Origin: Candidatus Forterrea multitransposorum CG_2015-17_Forterrea_25_41
Lineage (GTDB): Archaea; Iainarchaeota; Iainarchaeia; Iainarchaeales; CSSED10-239
Direction: 5' to 3'
DNA length: 64,000 nucleotides
Assembly (NCBI GenBank): GCA_009392915.1
Contig: CP045477.1
Span: forward strand, 32,001-96,000
The notes under the pieces were generated by a model. The model saw nothing but the letters and a program-made list of their open reading frames with translations. It did not search any database and had not been told where the DNA came from. The position numbers and the translations under genes were made by a program. Shown one piece after another: positions 9,014-18,782 of this stretch; the stretch's first letter is position 1; every line of letters begins with the position of its first letter.

Positions 9014-12000
9014 ATGTCCGTAGAGAAATATAAAGCAACAAATGATAAAGATTTATTTGATGAAGTAGAATCTTCTAATAGAAAGTATGTTAATGAAGAT
9101 ACTATTAAAGATATTGAAGATAAATTAAAAAAATCAAGAGAAGAACATCCTTTAGAAGATGTTGAAAATTTTTCTGAAATTGATGATTCTGAAGATGATG
9201 ATTCTGAAGATGATGATAACTTAGATGAAGTTGATTTAGAAGAAAACTCTGAAGATGAAAATTCAGAAGATAATAATTCAGAAGATAATAATTCAGAAGA
9301 TAATAATTCAGAAGATAATAATTCAGAAGATAATAATTCAGAAGATAATAATTCAGAAGATAATAATTCTGAAGATAATGATATAGATGAAGCTGATTTA
9401 GAAGAAGACTCTGAAGATAATAATTTAGAAGAAGATAATGTTGAAAAAGACCTAAATGAAATTGATTCTAAAGAATCAGATTTAAAAGAAGATTTTACTA
9501 AAAACTCAAATATATCAAAAGAGATTACTAAAGATAAAGATATACCTGCTAAAAGTTCAGAAATTATAATTAAACCAGCACTTAAATTCTTAGAAGATTT
9601 ACAAGACCCTAATGTAGTTTATTTAGGTAGAAAAAAATCTGTTTTAAAACAATATGGAAAGATAGCTACAGCATATATAGGAAAAGTTGCTGAAAATCAA
9701 CAAGAAGGCAAACAAGTTAACATAGATGGTCTAAATCCACACGTTATTTTCTTAGATGGTGCTAGAGGAACAGGTAAGAGTTATCTTTTAGGGGTAATAG
9801 CAGAAGAGCTTGCAAGAACAAACCCATATATAGGGCAAATAGTAATTGATCCTGTAGGTGTTTTCTGGTCAATGAAATTTCCAAACAGAGATTCAAAAGA
9901 ATTAAAAATTTTAGAAGAATGGGGTTTAAAGGCAGAAGGTCTTAAAAACTTAAAAGTCTTTGTTCCAGAAGGTATAGTTTCTCAAGTTTCAAAAGATACT
10001 TATGATGACACTTTTTCAATGTTTCCTTCTCTTTTAACTCCAGAAGATTGGTGTTTAACTTTTGGTATTGAAAGATTTTCTCCATCAGGCTTACTTTTAG
10101 AAAAAACTTTAGAGTCTGTAAAGAAAGGATATGTTACAGGTGGAACAAAAGATGTTCCTGATGTTAAAAAAATATCAGCAAAAGGAAATCATTTTACTTT
10201 AGAAGATATTATTAACTGTCTTCAAAACAATTCTGAATTTCAATCTTCTCAAAAAGGTTATAAACCAGATTCTATAAGAGCTTTAGTTTCAAGATTTGAA
10301 GCTGCAAGATCTTGGGGTATATTTTCAGATTCTGGAACTCCTCTTTCAAAACTTTCAAGAGAAAATCAATTAACTGTGCTTGATACTTCTTTTTTAGATG
10401 AAAATATTACTGCTTTAGTTATTGGTATTTTAGCTAGAAGAATTCTTTCTGCAAGAAAACTTCTTGCAAGACAAGAAGCTGTTAAAAAATATGGTGATTC
10501 AACACAAAAAGCAGAAGAACTTTTAGAAATTGAAATTCCTCCAACATGGATGTATATTGATGAAGCACACACTTTAATTCCTTCTGGAAATTCTCAAACA
10601 CCAGCAACTGCAGGAATTATAGAGTATGTTAAGCAAGGAAGAAGACCTGGTTGTTCTTTAGTTTTTGCAACACAACAGCCTTCTGCAATAAACACTAAAG
10701 TTTTATCACAAGTTGATATATTAATCTCAAATAAATTAGTTTTTAATGATGATATTTCTGCAATTCAAAAAAGAATGCCTGCAATAATACCAAAGCAATA
10801 TAAAGAACCAAATTTTATAAAGACTTTGCCTTTTGCAACTGCTCTTGTAGGAGATAGATCAGAAGAAACTTCTAGAGCTTTTATTTTAAGAGCAGCACCA
10901 AGAAGATCTCAACATGAAGGTCGTGATGCAGAAACAATTAGAGAGATTCCTAAAAAAAATAAATCTGAAGTTTTAGAAATTGCTTTTAAAATGGTTTATG
11001 AAAAATTAGAAAAAACAAAAGAAATTAAAGTGTCTTTTGCAAAAGATATTTTAGATGTTATTAATATTAAATATAGAGGAACTGTTGAATATGATGAACT
11101 TTTAGAAAAACTTTTAGAAAAAAATGTTTTACTTAAAGAAGATCTTCTATATCTTAATGAAAATTTTTTCAAAGAATATAATCAAGAAGAAAAATTAGTT
11201 TCTAATGATTCCGAAAATACTGATGAAATAAATTCTTTAGATGAAAATGAGCTTGAAAATATTGAAGAAAATTTAGAACATGTTAAAAGTAGTGTTTCAA
11301 AAGTAAAAGTAAGAAATACTATTGCAGAAAGAATTTCAAAAGCAAATATTGAAGAAATTGCAAATCAAAATATTAAAAAATCTTTATTATTTAAACCAAA
11401 AGAAGAAATTTTAAATATTGTTTTAAAATATAGAACAATTTATAAAATAAGTTATAATGTTTATGATTCACAAGATTCTTTTAAGACAAATACTTGTTTT
11501 GTGGATTCTGTAACTGGTGAGTTTATACATTTTTTAAATGGAGAGTTTAAGATTTCTTCTGGTTTAAATGTTTTAGATAAAATTAATGAAGATTATTTAG
11601 AGATTCTTTATCTTTTAAATAAACAACATACTTTGTTTTCTTTAAATCAAGAAACAGATATTGAAGAAAAAGATTTAATTGAAATGATTGATTCTTTTAA
11701 AGAATTAAATTTAATTACTGTTAAAAATAATTCTGGTATAGATGTTTATAAAATAGATTCAAAAGCTTTTGATATTCCTTTTAACCCGACTATTAAAGTT
11801 CTTTCATCTTTAGATGTTTTACCTTTAAAAAAACAAGATGTTGAGTTTTTAGAATCAATAAACTATTCTTTAAATGTTATTCAAGATAATTTAAAGAAAT
11901 TATGGGGTGAAATTGAATTTACTTCTCTTCAAGAAATCTATTGGCCAATTTGGCAAATTACTTATAATAATAAAGAAGGAAATAGAGTTTTAAAAGTAGA

Positions 12001-12025
12001 TGCTGTAACAGGCAAAAAAATGTGA
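9014..12025 (+). CDS. Large DUF87/HerA-FtsK-like P-loop ATPase with a poly-acidic repeat N-terminus and a ~400-aa uncharacterised C-terminal region
   Basis: Walker A VIFLDGARGTGKSYLLG. Walker B WMYIDEAHTLIP. A HerA-like ATQQPSAINTKVLSQVDILISNKL motif. The N-terminal ~190 aa are D/E/S-rich with (SEDNN)n. There is no recognisable nuclease partner. Confidence 0.6.
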   Translation: MSVEKYKATNDKDLFDEVESSNRKYVNEDTIKDIEDKLKKSREEHPLEDVENFSEIDDSEDDDSEDDDNLDEVDLEENSEDENSEDNNSEDNNSEDNNSEDNNSEDNNSEDNNSEDNNSEDNDIDEADLEEDSEDNNLEEDNVEKDLNEIDSKESDLKEDFTKNSNISKEITKDKDIPAKSSEIIIKPALKFLEDLQDPNVVYLGRKKSVLKQYGKIATAYIGKVAENQQEGKQVNIDGLNPHVIFLDGARGTGKSYLLGVIAEELARTNPYIGQIVIDPVGVFWSMKFPNRDSKELKILEEWGLKAEGLKNLKVFVPEGIVSQVSKDTYDDTFSMFPSLLTPEDWCLTFGIERFSPSGLLLEKTLESVKKGYVTGGTKDVPDVKKISAKGNHFTLEDIINCLQNNSEFQSSQKGYKPDSIRALVSRFEAARSWGIFSDSGTPLSKLSRENQLTVLDTSFLDENITALVIGILARRILSARKLLARQEAVKKYGDSTQKAEELLEIEIPPTWMYIDEAHTLIPSGNSQTPATAGIIEYVKQGRRPGCSLVFATQQPSAINTKVLSQVDILISNKLVFNDDISAIQKRMPAIIPKQYKEPNFIKTLPFATALVGDRSEETSRAFILRAAPRRSQHEGRDAETIREIPKKNKSEVLEIAFKMVYEKLEKTKEIKVSFAKDILDVINIKYRGTVEYDELLEKLLEKNVLLKEDLLYLNENFFKEYNQEEKLVSNDSENTDEINSLDENELENIEENLEHVKSSVSKVKVRNTIAERISKANIEEIANQNIKKSLLFKPKEEILNIVLKYRTIYKISYNVYDSQDSFKTNTCFVDSVTGEFIHFLNGEFKISSGLNVLDKINEDYLEILYLLNKQHTLFSLNQETDIEEKDLIEMIDSFKELNLITVKNNSGIDVYKIDSKAFDIPFNPTIKVLSSLDVLPLKKQDVEFLESINYSLNVIQDNLKKLWGEIEFTSLQEIYWPIWQITYNNKEGNRVLKVDAVTGKKM
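9251..9375 (+). repeat. Near-perfect 15-bp tandem repeat (gaagataataattca) in about 8 copies, encoding (SEDNN)n
   Basis: Seen directly: seven identical 15-mers from 9266 to 9370, with degenerate flanking units. The repeat keeps the reading frame. Confidence 0.9.
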
Positions 12026-12031
12026 TAAAGT

Positions 12032-12328
12032 ATGGTTTTAACTGAAAAAGATTTTATACAAGATACATGTAAAGCAACACCAGGATTTGAATATTATCCA
12101 AAGAAGTTCTTAGAATTAAATGTTTCAAAATTACTCCCTATATTAAAAGAAAATGATTTTTATATATCTAAAGATAATTCTCCTTTTTATCTGCATGTAA
12201 AAAAAAAAGAATTAGAAGCATCTATTTTTTCATCAGCTAAGATAATTATTAAGAATACTACTGTTGAAGAAGATGCTAGTTTATTTTTACTTGATATTTT
12301 AGTTTGTTTAAATAAAGTTATGGAATAA
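12032..12328 (+). CDS. Hypothetical protein (98 aa), probably co-transcribed with the ATPase
   Basis: ORF lying 6 bp downstream of the ATPase stop; no recognisable motif. Confidence 0.3.
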   Translation: MVLTEKDFIQDTCKATPGFEYYPKKFLELNVSKLLPILKENDFYISKDNSPFYLHVKKKELEASIFSSAKIIIKNTTVEEDASLFLLDILVCLNKVME

Positions 12329-13328
12329 TTTTTTTTAAAATTTTTTCCATTCTTTCAATAACTTCTCTTTTTTCTTTTTTTTCAATATATTTTTTATGTC
12401 TTTTAATTATTTCTTTTCTAGCAGCTTCTTTAATTTTCTCTTCATTTATAATTGAGCTTTTAACTGTATTTATGCCCATATCTGTAGGAGATTTATACTC
12501 GTGCATTTTATTTTTTTTTGAAATAATTTTGTTAATTATTTTTTTTAAAATTTTAAAATTTTCAATATCTCTATTATAGTTAATAGCTGTAATTCCATAT
12601 GCTTTTTTATGATAAGGGTCAATAATATTTTTATCTCCAATATCTGCTGTTGCAGCTTCATATGCAAGATTAATAGGATGATTTAAAGGAAGATTAAATA
12701 CTGGGAAAGTTTCAGATTTAAAATATCCTGAATTAATTTTATTTTTTGAATCTAAAAATATTTGTGCTAAACAAATCCCCATTTTTCCTGAATTTGCAAC
12801 TGCACCAATTACAACATTTATTTTTTTATTTGTTTGGATATATGGTTGTTCAATAAATCCTTTTTGTCCTAATATTTCATCTAAATCATTTGGATAGTCT
12901 TTAATTGTTTTTGAGAAATAAACTTTTATGTTTTTCTTTTTCATTTCTTTTTCTAAAACTTTTCCTGAATTTTCATTTTTATATCTTGTTATTACTATAT
13001 CAATTTTTTCAAATTTTTTATGCAATTTTTCAATTTCTTCTAATACTAATTTTCTAAATTCTAGATTACTATTATAATCTCTTCCATTTTCTAGATGTTT
13101 TGAATAAATACAATATATTATTCCTACATCTTTTTTTATTTTTTCAAGAATCTTTACTTTTGTATCTTTTTTATAATCTATTAATACTCTATTTGCATGA
13201 TAGTCTCTTAAAAGATGTCCTCCAAACTCAATATAGACTTTATCAAAGTTTTTAATTCTTTTTTTAATTTCATTTACTTGTAATTGAATATATTTATCTT
13301 CATCAAATGCTATTTTCTTTGTAATCAT
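12318..13328 (-). CDS. Conserved hypothetical protein (336 aa), glycine-rich loop VIGAVANSGKMGI
   Basis: Long ORF with a K-rich C-terminus; the family was not recognised. Confidence 0.35.
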   Translation of the reverse strand: MITKKIAFDEDKYIQLQVNEIKKRIKNFDKVYIEFGGHLLRDYHANRVLIDYKKDTKVKILEKIKKDVGIIYCIYSKHLENGRDYNSNLEFRKLVLEEIEKLHKKFEKIDIVITRYKNENSGKVLEKEMKKKNIKVYFSKTIKDYPNDLDEILGQKGFIEQPYIQTNKKINVVIGAVANSGKMGICLAQIFLDSKNKINSGYFKSETFPVFNLPLNHPINLAYEAATADIGDKNIIDPYHKKAYGITAINYNRDIENFKILKKIINKIISKKNKMHEYKSPTDMGINTVKSSIINEEKIKEAARKEIIKRHKKYIEKKEKREVIERMEKILKKIIP

Positions 13329-13398
13329 AATTATTTTTTCCTATATCTTTAATATACGATATTACTATCAAAGAGATTATAAATATTTATCTTTATAA

Positions 13399-15465
13399 AT
13401 GTTTTGGTTTTCTTTTTTATATATGTATCTTAATAAAAATGCTATTTCTCCATTAATAGCAAGCATTTTAATTATTGTTGTAGTTGTTGCAGTTATTGGT
13501 GTGATTCTATTATGGGGTAAAAACTTTACAAATGAAAGTTTAACTTCCACTTATACTTTTTCACAAGATAAAACTGTTTCTGATTTTGTTTGGCAAGATG
13601 ATATTACTGGTAAAAATCTTTTTATAAAAAACACACATATATCATTAAGTAAAACTATTATTGGTTATAAAATAAACAGTTCCTTAGATTATGCTTATCT
13701 TAATAAATATCATTATCTTGATGAATCTTTTTTATTATCTAAAAATTCCATTGCTCAATTAACTTTAGGTTGTGTTCCAGAAAAGAATTTTTCAATTGAA
13801 CTTTTAACAGACTCTAATGAATATATTTCTTTTCCTGTCACTTCTAAGTTTTTTGATCCTTCAGAATGTACTTTTTCTTTTTCAATAACTTCTCCTTTGG
13901 AAAATTCAATCAATGCTTTAAATTCTAGTATTTCATTTACTTCTGAAATTTTAAATTCTTCAGGTACTCCTTCTTGTACTTGGATTTCTTCAATTGATGG
14001 TACTTTTTCAACATCTTGTGATGCAACTTATTCTTCTTTATCTTCTGGTTCTCATGATATTAATTTAGTTGTTGAAGATTCTGGTGATATTTTAACACAA
14101 TCAACTTCAATTATTGTAAAAGATTCTTTAGAAAGTATTATTTCTACTCCTTCAAATTCATCAAATCATTTATTTAGTGATACAATTTCATTTAGTGGTA
14201 CTGCAGATAATAATTTTGGTTCTCACACTTGTTCTTGGACTTCTTCTTTAGATGGTTCTCTTTCAAGTGATTGTAGTTTTAGTTCTAGTTTATCTCCAGG
14301 CACACATACTATTACTTTACAAGTAACTGATTCTCTTGAAACAGCATCTTCAAATATTTCTATAGATGTTTATGCTTTATTAGTTGCTTCTGTTTCTCTT
14401 CCTGCTAATAATTCTACAAAATCTTTAGGAAGTCCTATCTCTTTTTCATCAAGCATTTCTGGAGGCGATGGATCTTATTCTTGTAGTTGGACAGATAATG
14501 GTTCTCCTTTAAGTTCTAGTTGTTCATTTAGTCATACTTATCCACAAGGAAGTTGGTCTGAATATCAAGATATGCCTCAAGGTAGAGATTATCATGATTG
14601 TGTAGGTGTTGGTGATAAACTATATTGTTTTGGAGGAGATGATTCTACTTATAATGTAGAAAGAACTACTCAAATTTATAATTCTACAACAAATACTTGG
14701 TCTTTAGGTGCAAATATGCCTGCAGATAGAGAGCTTCCAGCATGTAGTTATTATAATGGAATAATTTATTGTATAGGAGGATTTAATAGTTCTTGGGATT
14801 ATGTTAATTCAAATTATGCTTATAATATTTCTACAAATTCTTGGTCTAGTAAAACTTCTATGCCAACAGTAAGAGCTGAACATGATTGTACTGCCTTAGA
14901 TGGAAAAATTTATTGTTTTGGTGGAAATAAAGATGGTGGAGGTGCAAGTAATCTTCTTGAAATATATAATATTTCAACAAATTCTTGGTCAACAGGTACA
15001 AGTTCACCTTCAGGAAAAGCAAATCATAATTGTGAGGGTTTAAATAATAAGGTTTATTGTATTGGTGGTACAACTACTACTTTAATATATGATGTTTTAT
15101 CTGATTCATGGTCTACAGGTACAACTATCTCAACATCAAAATCATCTGGAGCTTCTGATTTATATGGTACTAAAATTTATTATGGAGGAGGTTCTTCTGC
15201 TGCACTTTTAGTTTACGATACTGTTTTAAATAGTTGGTCAACTCTTGCTAGTTTACCTTATTCTAACAGATCTTATATAGGTTGTGGAATTGCAGATAAT
15301 ACTTTTTATTGTGCAGGAGGAGATTCAAGTCAAGGTAGAGAAACATACATGGATAAATTACATGGATATTCTATAGGTGCTACAGGAACACATGAAATTG
15401 AATTAAATGTAAGTGATGGTTATGGTCAAACTGCTTCTAATACAATAAATATTAATGTTCAATAG
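13399..15465 (+). CDS. Archaeal pilin-N (class III signal peptide) protein with Cys-containing Ig-like repeats and a Kelch-type beta-propeller
   Basis: The N-terminus NKNAISPLIASILIIVVVVAVIGVILLW matches the archaeal type IV pilin N-terminal domain. There are four repeats of ...SCSWTxxxDGSxSSxCSFS.... Kelch-like repeats follow (YCFGG...YN..TN.WS, YCIGG..., KIYCFGG...). Confidence 0.6.
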   Translation: MFWFSFLYMYLNKNAISPLIASILIIVVVVAVIGVILLWGKNFTNESLTSTYTFSQDKTVSDFVWQDDITGKNLFIKNTHISLSKTIIGYKINSSLDYAYLNKYHYLDESFLLSKNSIAQLTLGCVPEKNFSIELLTDSNEYISFPVTSKFFDPSECTFSFSITSPLENSINALNSSISFTSEILNSSGTPSCTWISSIDGTFSTSCDATYSSLSSGSHDINLVVEDSGDILTQSTSIIVKDSLESIISTPSNSSNHLFSDTISFSGTADNNFGSHTCSWTSSLDGSLSSDCSFSSSLSPGTHTITLQVTDSLETASSNISIDVYALLVASVSLPANNSTKSLGSPISFSSSISGGDGSYSCSWTDNGSPLSSSCSFSHTYPQGSWSEYQDMPQGRDYHDCVGVGDKLYCFGGDDSTYNVERTTQIYNSTTNTWSLGANMPADRELPACSYYNGIIYCIGGFNSSWDYVNSNYAYNISTNSWSSKTSMPTVRAEHDCTALDGKIYCFGGNKDGGGASNLLEIYNISTNSWSTGTSSPSGKANHNCEGLNNKVYCIGGTTTTLIYDVLSDSWSTGTTISTSKSSGASDLYGTKIYYGGGSSAALLVYDTVLNSWSTLASLPYSNRSYIGCGIADNTFYCAGGDSSQGRETYMDKLHGYSIGATGTHEIELNVSDGYGQTASNTININVQ

Positions 15466-15517
15466 ACTTTATATAAAATAAATATGTTTTTAAACATTAA
15501 CTCTATATAATTATATA

Positions 15518-16375
15518 ATGAACTATAAAATTATATTTTTATTTTTAACATTAATTATATTAACTCCAGGGATTTTTTCTCATGTTAATTTATCAGTAGA
15601 TCCTTCTGTTTCAAATAATACTGTTTATTTATCAAAAAATATTTCAAAAGATGTTTTATTTAATTATACTTCAAATTATTCTTCAACAATTAATAATACT
15701 TATAGAGCTGAATATGATTTAAAAATATATTCTCAAGAACTAAAAGAAATAGATTTATCTTTATCAAAAACAGAAGAATATTTTGTTTCAGATGTCTTTT
15801 CATCTTTTGCTTTAAATATAAGAAGTTTAAATTATATTGATCAAACAATTAATTTAAGAATAAAAGTTTCAGTCTATGATTCTTTAAATAATTTGGTTGA
15901 TAGTGATTATTTATTTTTAAAAATAATTTCAAATAATTCTGAATATGAATTTTCAGAGTCTCCAATAAATAAAGTTCCAGAATATAAAGGTTATTCTTTA
16001 TCTAGAGATAAGATGATACTTTTAAATTATTTAGATAAAGATAAGATTTCAATTAAAAATCATGTAGATTATTCTTTTGTATATGATGTTAATTGTACTT
16101 CAAATAGTAAAGATCTTTCTTTAGATTTAAGATATGATGGAGATAATAAACATATTTTAGAAGTTTCAATAGCTAATAATTCTGTTCAAGAAGATTTATT
16201 TTATATATCTTGTTATGCTTTTAATAAAGATGATATTAAAGACATTAGAACAATTACTGTTAATTATTTAAATCAAGATATTAATGTTAGTGATGAAACT
16301 ATTATTGAAGAAGAAGTTATAGAAGATAACAAAATTAAAACTTTTTTTAAAAATATTTTTGAAAAATTAAAATAA
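15518..16375 (+). CDS. Secreted hypothetical protein (signal peptide, N/S/D-rich)
   Basis: N-terminal hydrophobic signal MNYKIIFLFLTLIILTPGIFS; no catalytic motif. Confidence 0.4.
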   Translation: MNYKIIFLFLTLIILTPGIFSHVNLSVDPSVSNNTVYLSKNISKDVLFNYTSNYSSTINNTYRAEYDLKIYSQELKEIDLSLSKTEEYFVSDVFSSFALNIRSLNYIDQTINLRIKVSVYDSLNNLVDSDYLFLKIISNNSEYEFSESPINKVPEYKGYSLSRDKMILLNYLDKDKISIKNHVDYSFVYDVNCTSNSKDLSLDLRYDGDNKHILEVSIANNSVQEDLFYISCYAFNKDDIKDIRTITVNYLNQDINVSDETIIEEEVIEDNKIKTFFKNIFEKLK

Positions 16376-16383
16376 GTTTATTT

Positions 16384-16812
16384 CTAAAAACTATCTGCAA
16401 GTAAGTGTACTACAACTCCTAAAAAACCTGCAAAGAAATAAACTGGATCTAAAAAAAGTAAAGGACTTGCTGTTAATATTCCAAAAGTAAAAGAATGAAG
16501 TGGCCCTCTATGTTTAATGACAGTTAAAATAATTTCTAATAATAAAAGTATCCCTGCAATAATTAAAGCTGTTTGATCATTATTAATAATACTTATTCCT
16601 GTAAAAAATATTAATAAAAGAATAATTATTTTATCTAATTGTTTTCTTATCCATGAATTATTTTTATCAATATCTGGAAGAAGTGTGTATACTATGAATA
16701 TAAAGTATGCAATTAATATTTTTTCAATCTCAAGTTCCATTAAGTTTGAGATTACAACATATACAAAAGTAAATATAAATGTTGCAAATAGAACATGCCC
16801 TAATTTATTCAT
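16384..16812 (-). CDS. Small polytopic membrane protein (possibly DUF457-like membrane-bound hydrolase family)
   Basis: 142 aa with four predicted TM helices and an N-terminal MNKLGHVLFA. Confidence 0.3.
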   Translation of the reverse strand: MNKLGHVLFATFIFTFVYVVISNLMELEIEKILIAYFIFIVYTLLPDIDKNNSWIRKQLDKIIILLLIFFTGISIINNDQTALIIAGILLLLEIILTVIKHRGPLHSFTFGILTASPLLFLDPVYFFAGFLGVVVHLLADSF

Positions 16813-16915
16813 TTCTAAAAAATCCTTTTTTTCTTATAATATATATACTATAGATTTATTTATAAATTCTTATCTTCTTTAATATATATTAAATATATTT
16901 TAAAATAGACTAAAA

Positions 16916-17746
16916 ATGAATGAAATAATAAGTTATATAATAATTGGTATTTTACAAGGGGTAGTTGAATGGCTTCCTATAAGTTCTCAAGGAAACTTAA
17001 TGGTTTATTTATCAAATGTTTTAAATTTATCTTCTCAATTAAGTTTAAATTATTCTATTCTTTTACACATAGGTACTCTTTTAGCAGCTATTGTTTATTT
17101 TTATAAAGAAATTAAATCTCTTTTAACTGTTAAAAATATTTCTTTACTTTTTAAATATAATTTTAAATTATTAAAAATTAAAGAAAGTAATTTAGATAAA
17201 GATTTTTCTTACTTAAGATTTATTTTTATAACAGTTATTGTAACTCTTTTAATTTCAGGTCCAATTTATTTTTTAATAAGTGATGGAATAAATAATTTCA
17301 ATATACTTTTAATAAATTTAATTATTGGTCTATTATTATTTATTACTGGTTTTTTAATATTCTTTTCAAGAAAAATATTTTCAAAAAAACCTGTTCTTTC
17401 AATAAAAAATTCTTTTCTTTTAGGTTTATTTCAAGGTTTTTCAATACTTCCAGGGTTAAGTAGAAGTGGGCTTACAACTTCTTTACTTCTTTTTAGAGGT
17501 TTTAGTCCAGAGAAAGCTTTCAGAATTAGTTTTTTAGTTTCAATTCCAACTATTTTTATTGGAGAAATAGCACTTTTAGTTTTTAATGGTTTATTTTTCT
17601 CTCCATATATTTTAATTTCAATAGTTGTTTCTTTTATTGTTGGTTATTTTACAATTGATCTTTTGATTAAATTTGCAAAGAAAATTAATTTTTCATATTT
17701 TTGTTTTATTTTAGGATTTATATATATTCTAACTTATTTTATTTAA
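16916..17746 (+). CDS. uppP: Undecaprenyl/dolichyl-diphosphatase, UppP/BacA family
   Basis: GILQGVVEWLPISSQGNL (compare the UppP motif EGLTEFLPVSSTGHL) and a later LSRSGLT motif. Polytopic membrane protein of 276 aa. Confidence 0.7.
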   Translation: MNEIISYIIIGILQGVVEWLPISSQGNLMVYLSNVLNLSSQLSLNYSILLHIGTLLAAIVYFYKEIKSLLTVKNISLLFKYNFKLLKIKESNLDKDFSYLRFIFITVIVTLLISGPIYFLISDGINNFNILLINLIIGLLLFITGFLIFFSRKIFSKKPVLSIKNSFLLGLFQGFSILPGLSRSGLTTSLLLFRGFSPEKAFRISFLVSIPTIFIGEIALLVFNGLFFSPYILISIVVSFIVGYFTIDLLIKFAKKINFSYFCFILGFIYILTYFI

Positions 17747-18320
17747 ATTCTAATAATATTCCTTTAATTCTTTCATATGTGATTTTAGGATCATTCAATC
17801 TTATTAGTAATTCATTTATGTGATTTTTATTATTTTTTAATTTTTTAATCAAAACATTTGTTATATTTTCTTTTTTAATTTTAGGTATTTTTTTTAAGAA
17901 TTTCGCAAAATTAATTATTATTTCTCTTGCTTCTTTTGAATTATAATTAAGAGAAACTAATGATATTATTTCTTTTGCTTTCTTAGAAGAAACTTCTTTA
18001 TTGATTAAAAACTTTAAATATATTTTTTTTTGTGCTGTAGTTAGTTTCTCTTCTTCGACAACTTTTCTTTTACTAACTTTTTTTAAGATTTCTTCTTCTT
18101 TTTTTAAACTGTTAAAAAACTGTTTTACACTAAACTTATTTTCTTCAATAGATTTTTTTATTCTTTCATAAATAATAGGATCTTTTTTAATGGTTTTTGT
18201 TAAAAGATTAATTTCGTTTATAGTTAAGTCTAGCCTATAAAGTTCAGGATATTTTTTATCCATTTTAACTAAAACTTCTTTTGTTCTTTTTAATGCTCTA
18301 TTATTTATATTTCTTGGCAT
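17739..18320 (-). CDS. Lysine-rich hypothetical protein
   Basis: 193 aa, K/E-rich; no motif recognised. Confidence 0.3.
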   Translation of the reverse strand: MPRNINNRALKRTKEVLVKMDKKYPELYRLDLTINEINLLTKTIKKDPIIYERIKKSIEENKFSVKQFFNSLKKEEEILKKVSKRKVVEEEKLTTAQKKIYLKFLINKEVSSKKAKEIISLVSLNYNSKEAREIIINFAKFLKKIPKIKKENITNVLIKKLKNNKNHINELLIRLNDPKITYERIKGILLEFK

Positions 18321-18425
18321 GTTTAATCTTTCTTTTATTTATATTTATTTAGAAGATGTATATTCTTTTAAATGTATTCTATAATATATATATTATATAA
18401 AAATATTTCAAGGAGTGAATTAAAT

Positions 18426-18743
18426 ATGTCAGAAAATGTAACTGAATTAAATGATACTAATTTTAAAGAAACAATTACTGGAAAAGAAATTGTAGTTGTT
18501 GATTTTTGGGCTGCATGGTGTGGACCTTGTCAGATGTTTGCTTCAATTTTTGAAAATTTTGCAAAAGAAAATACTAATGTTTTTTGTGTAAAAGTTAATG
18601 TTGATGATTCTCCAAATATTTCTAAAGAATATCAAGTAATGTCAATTCCTACAATACTTTTTATAAAAAATGGAGAAGTTGTTAAAAAACAAGTAGGTGT
18701 ACTTTCTAAAGAAATTATTAAGCAAATTGTTAATGAATTATAA
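18426..18743 (+). CDS. trxA: Thioredoxin
   Basis: WAAWCGPCQMF active site. The start is taken at MSENVTEL (ATG 18426), preceded by aaggagtg. Confidence 0.85.
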   Translation: MSENVTELNDTNFKETITGKEIVVVDFWAAWCGPCQMFASIFENFAKENTNVFCVKVNVDDSPNISKEYQVMSIPTILFIKNGEVVKKQVGVLSKEIIKQIVNEL

Positions 18744-18782
18744 AATTATTTTTTTTAAAAATTTAAAAGGAGTTTATCAAAA

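Noticed and set aside
9251-9375. Possible CRISPR array (regular 15-bp repeats)
   Set aside because: The repeats are directly abutting with no spacers and the unit is far shorter than a CRISPR repeat. They lie in-frame inside a CDS and encode SEDNN repeats.
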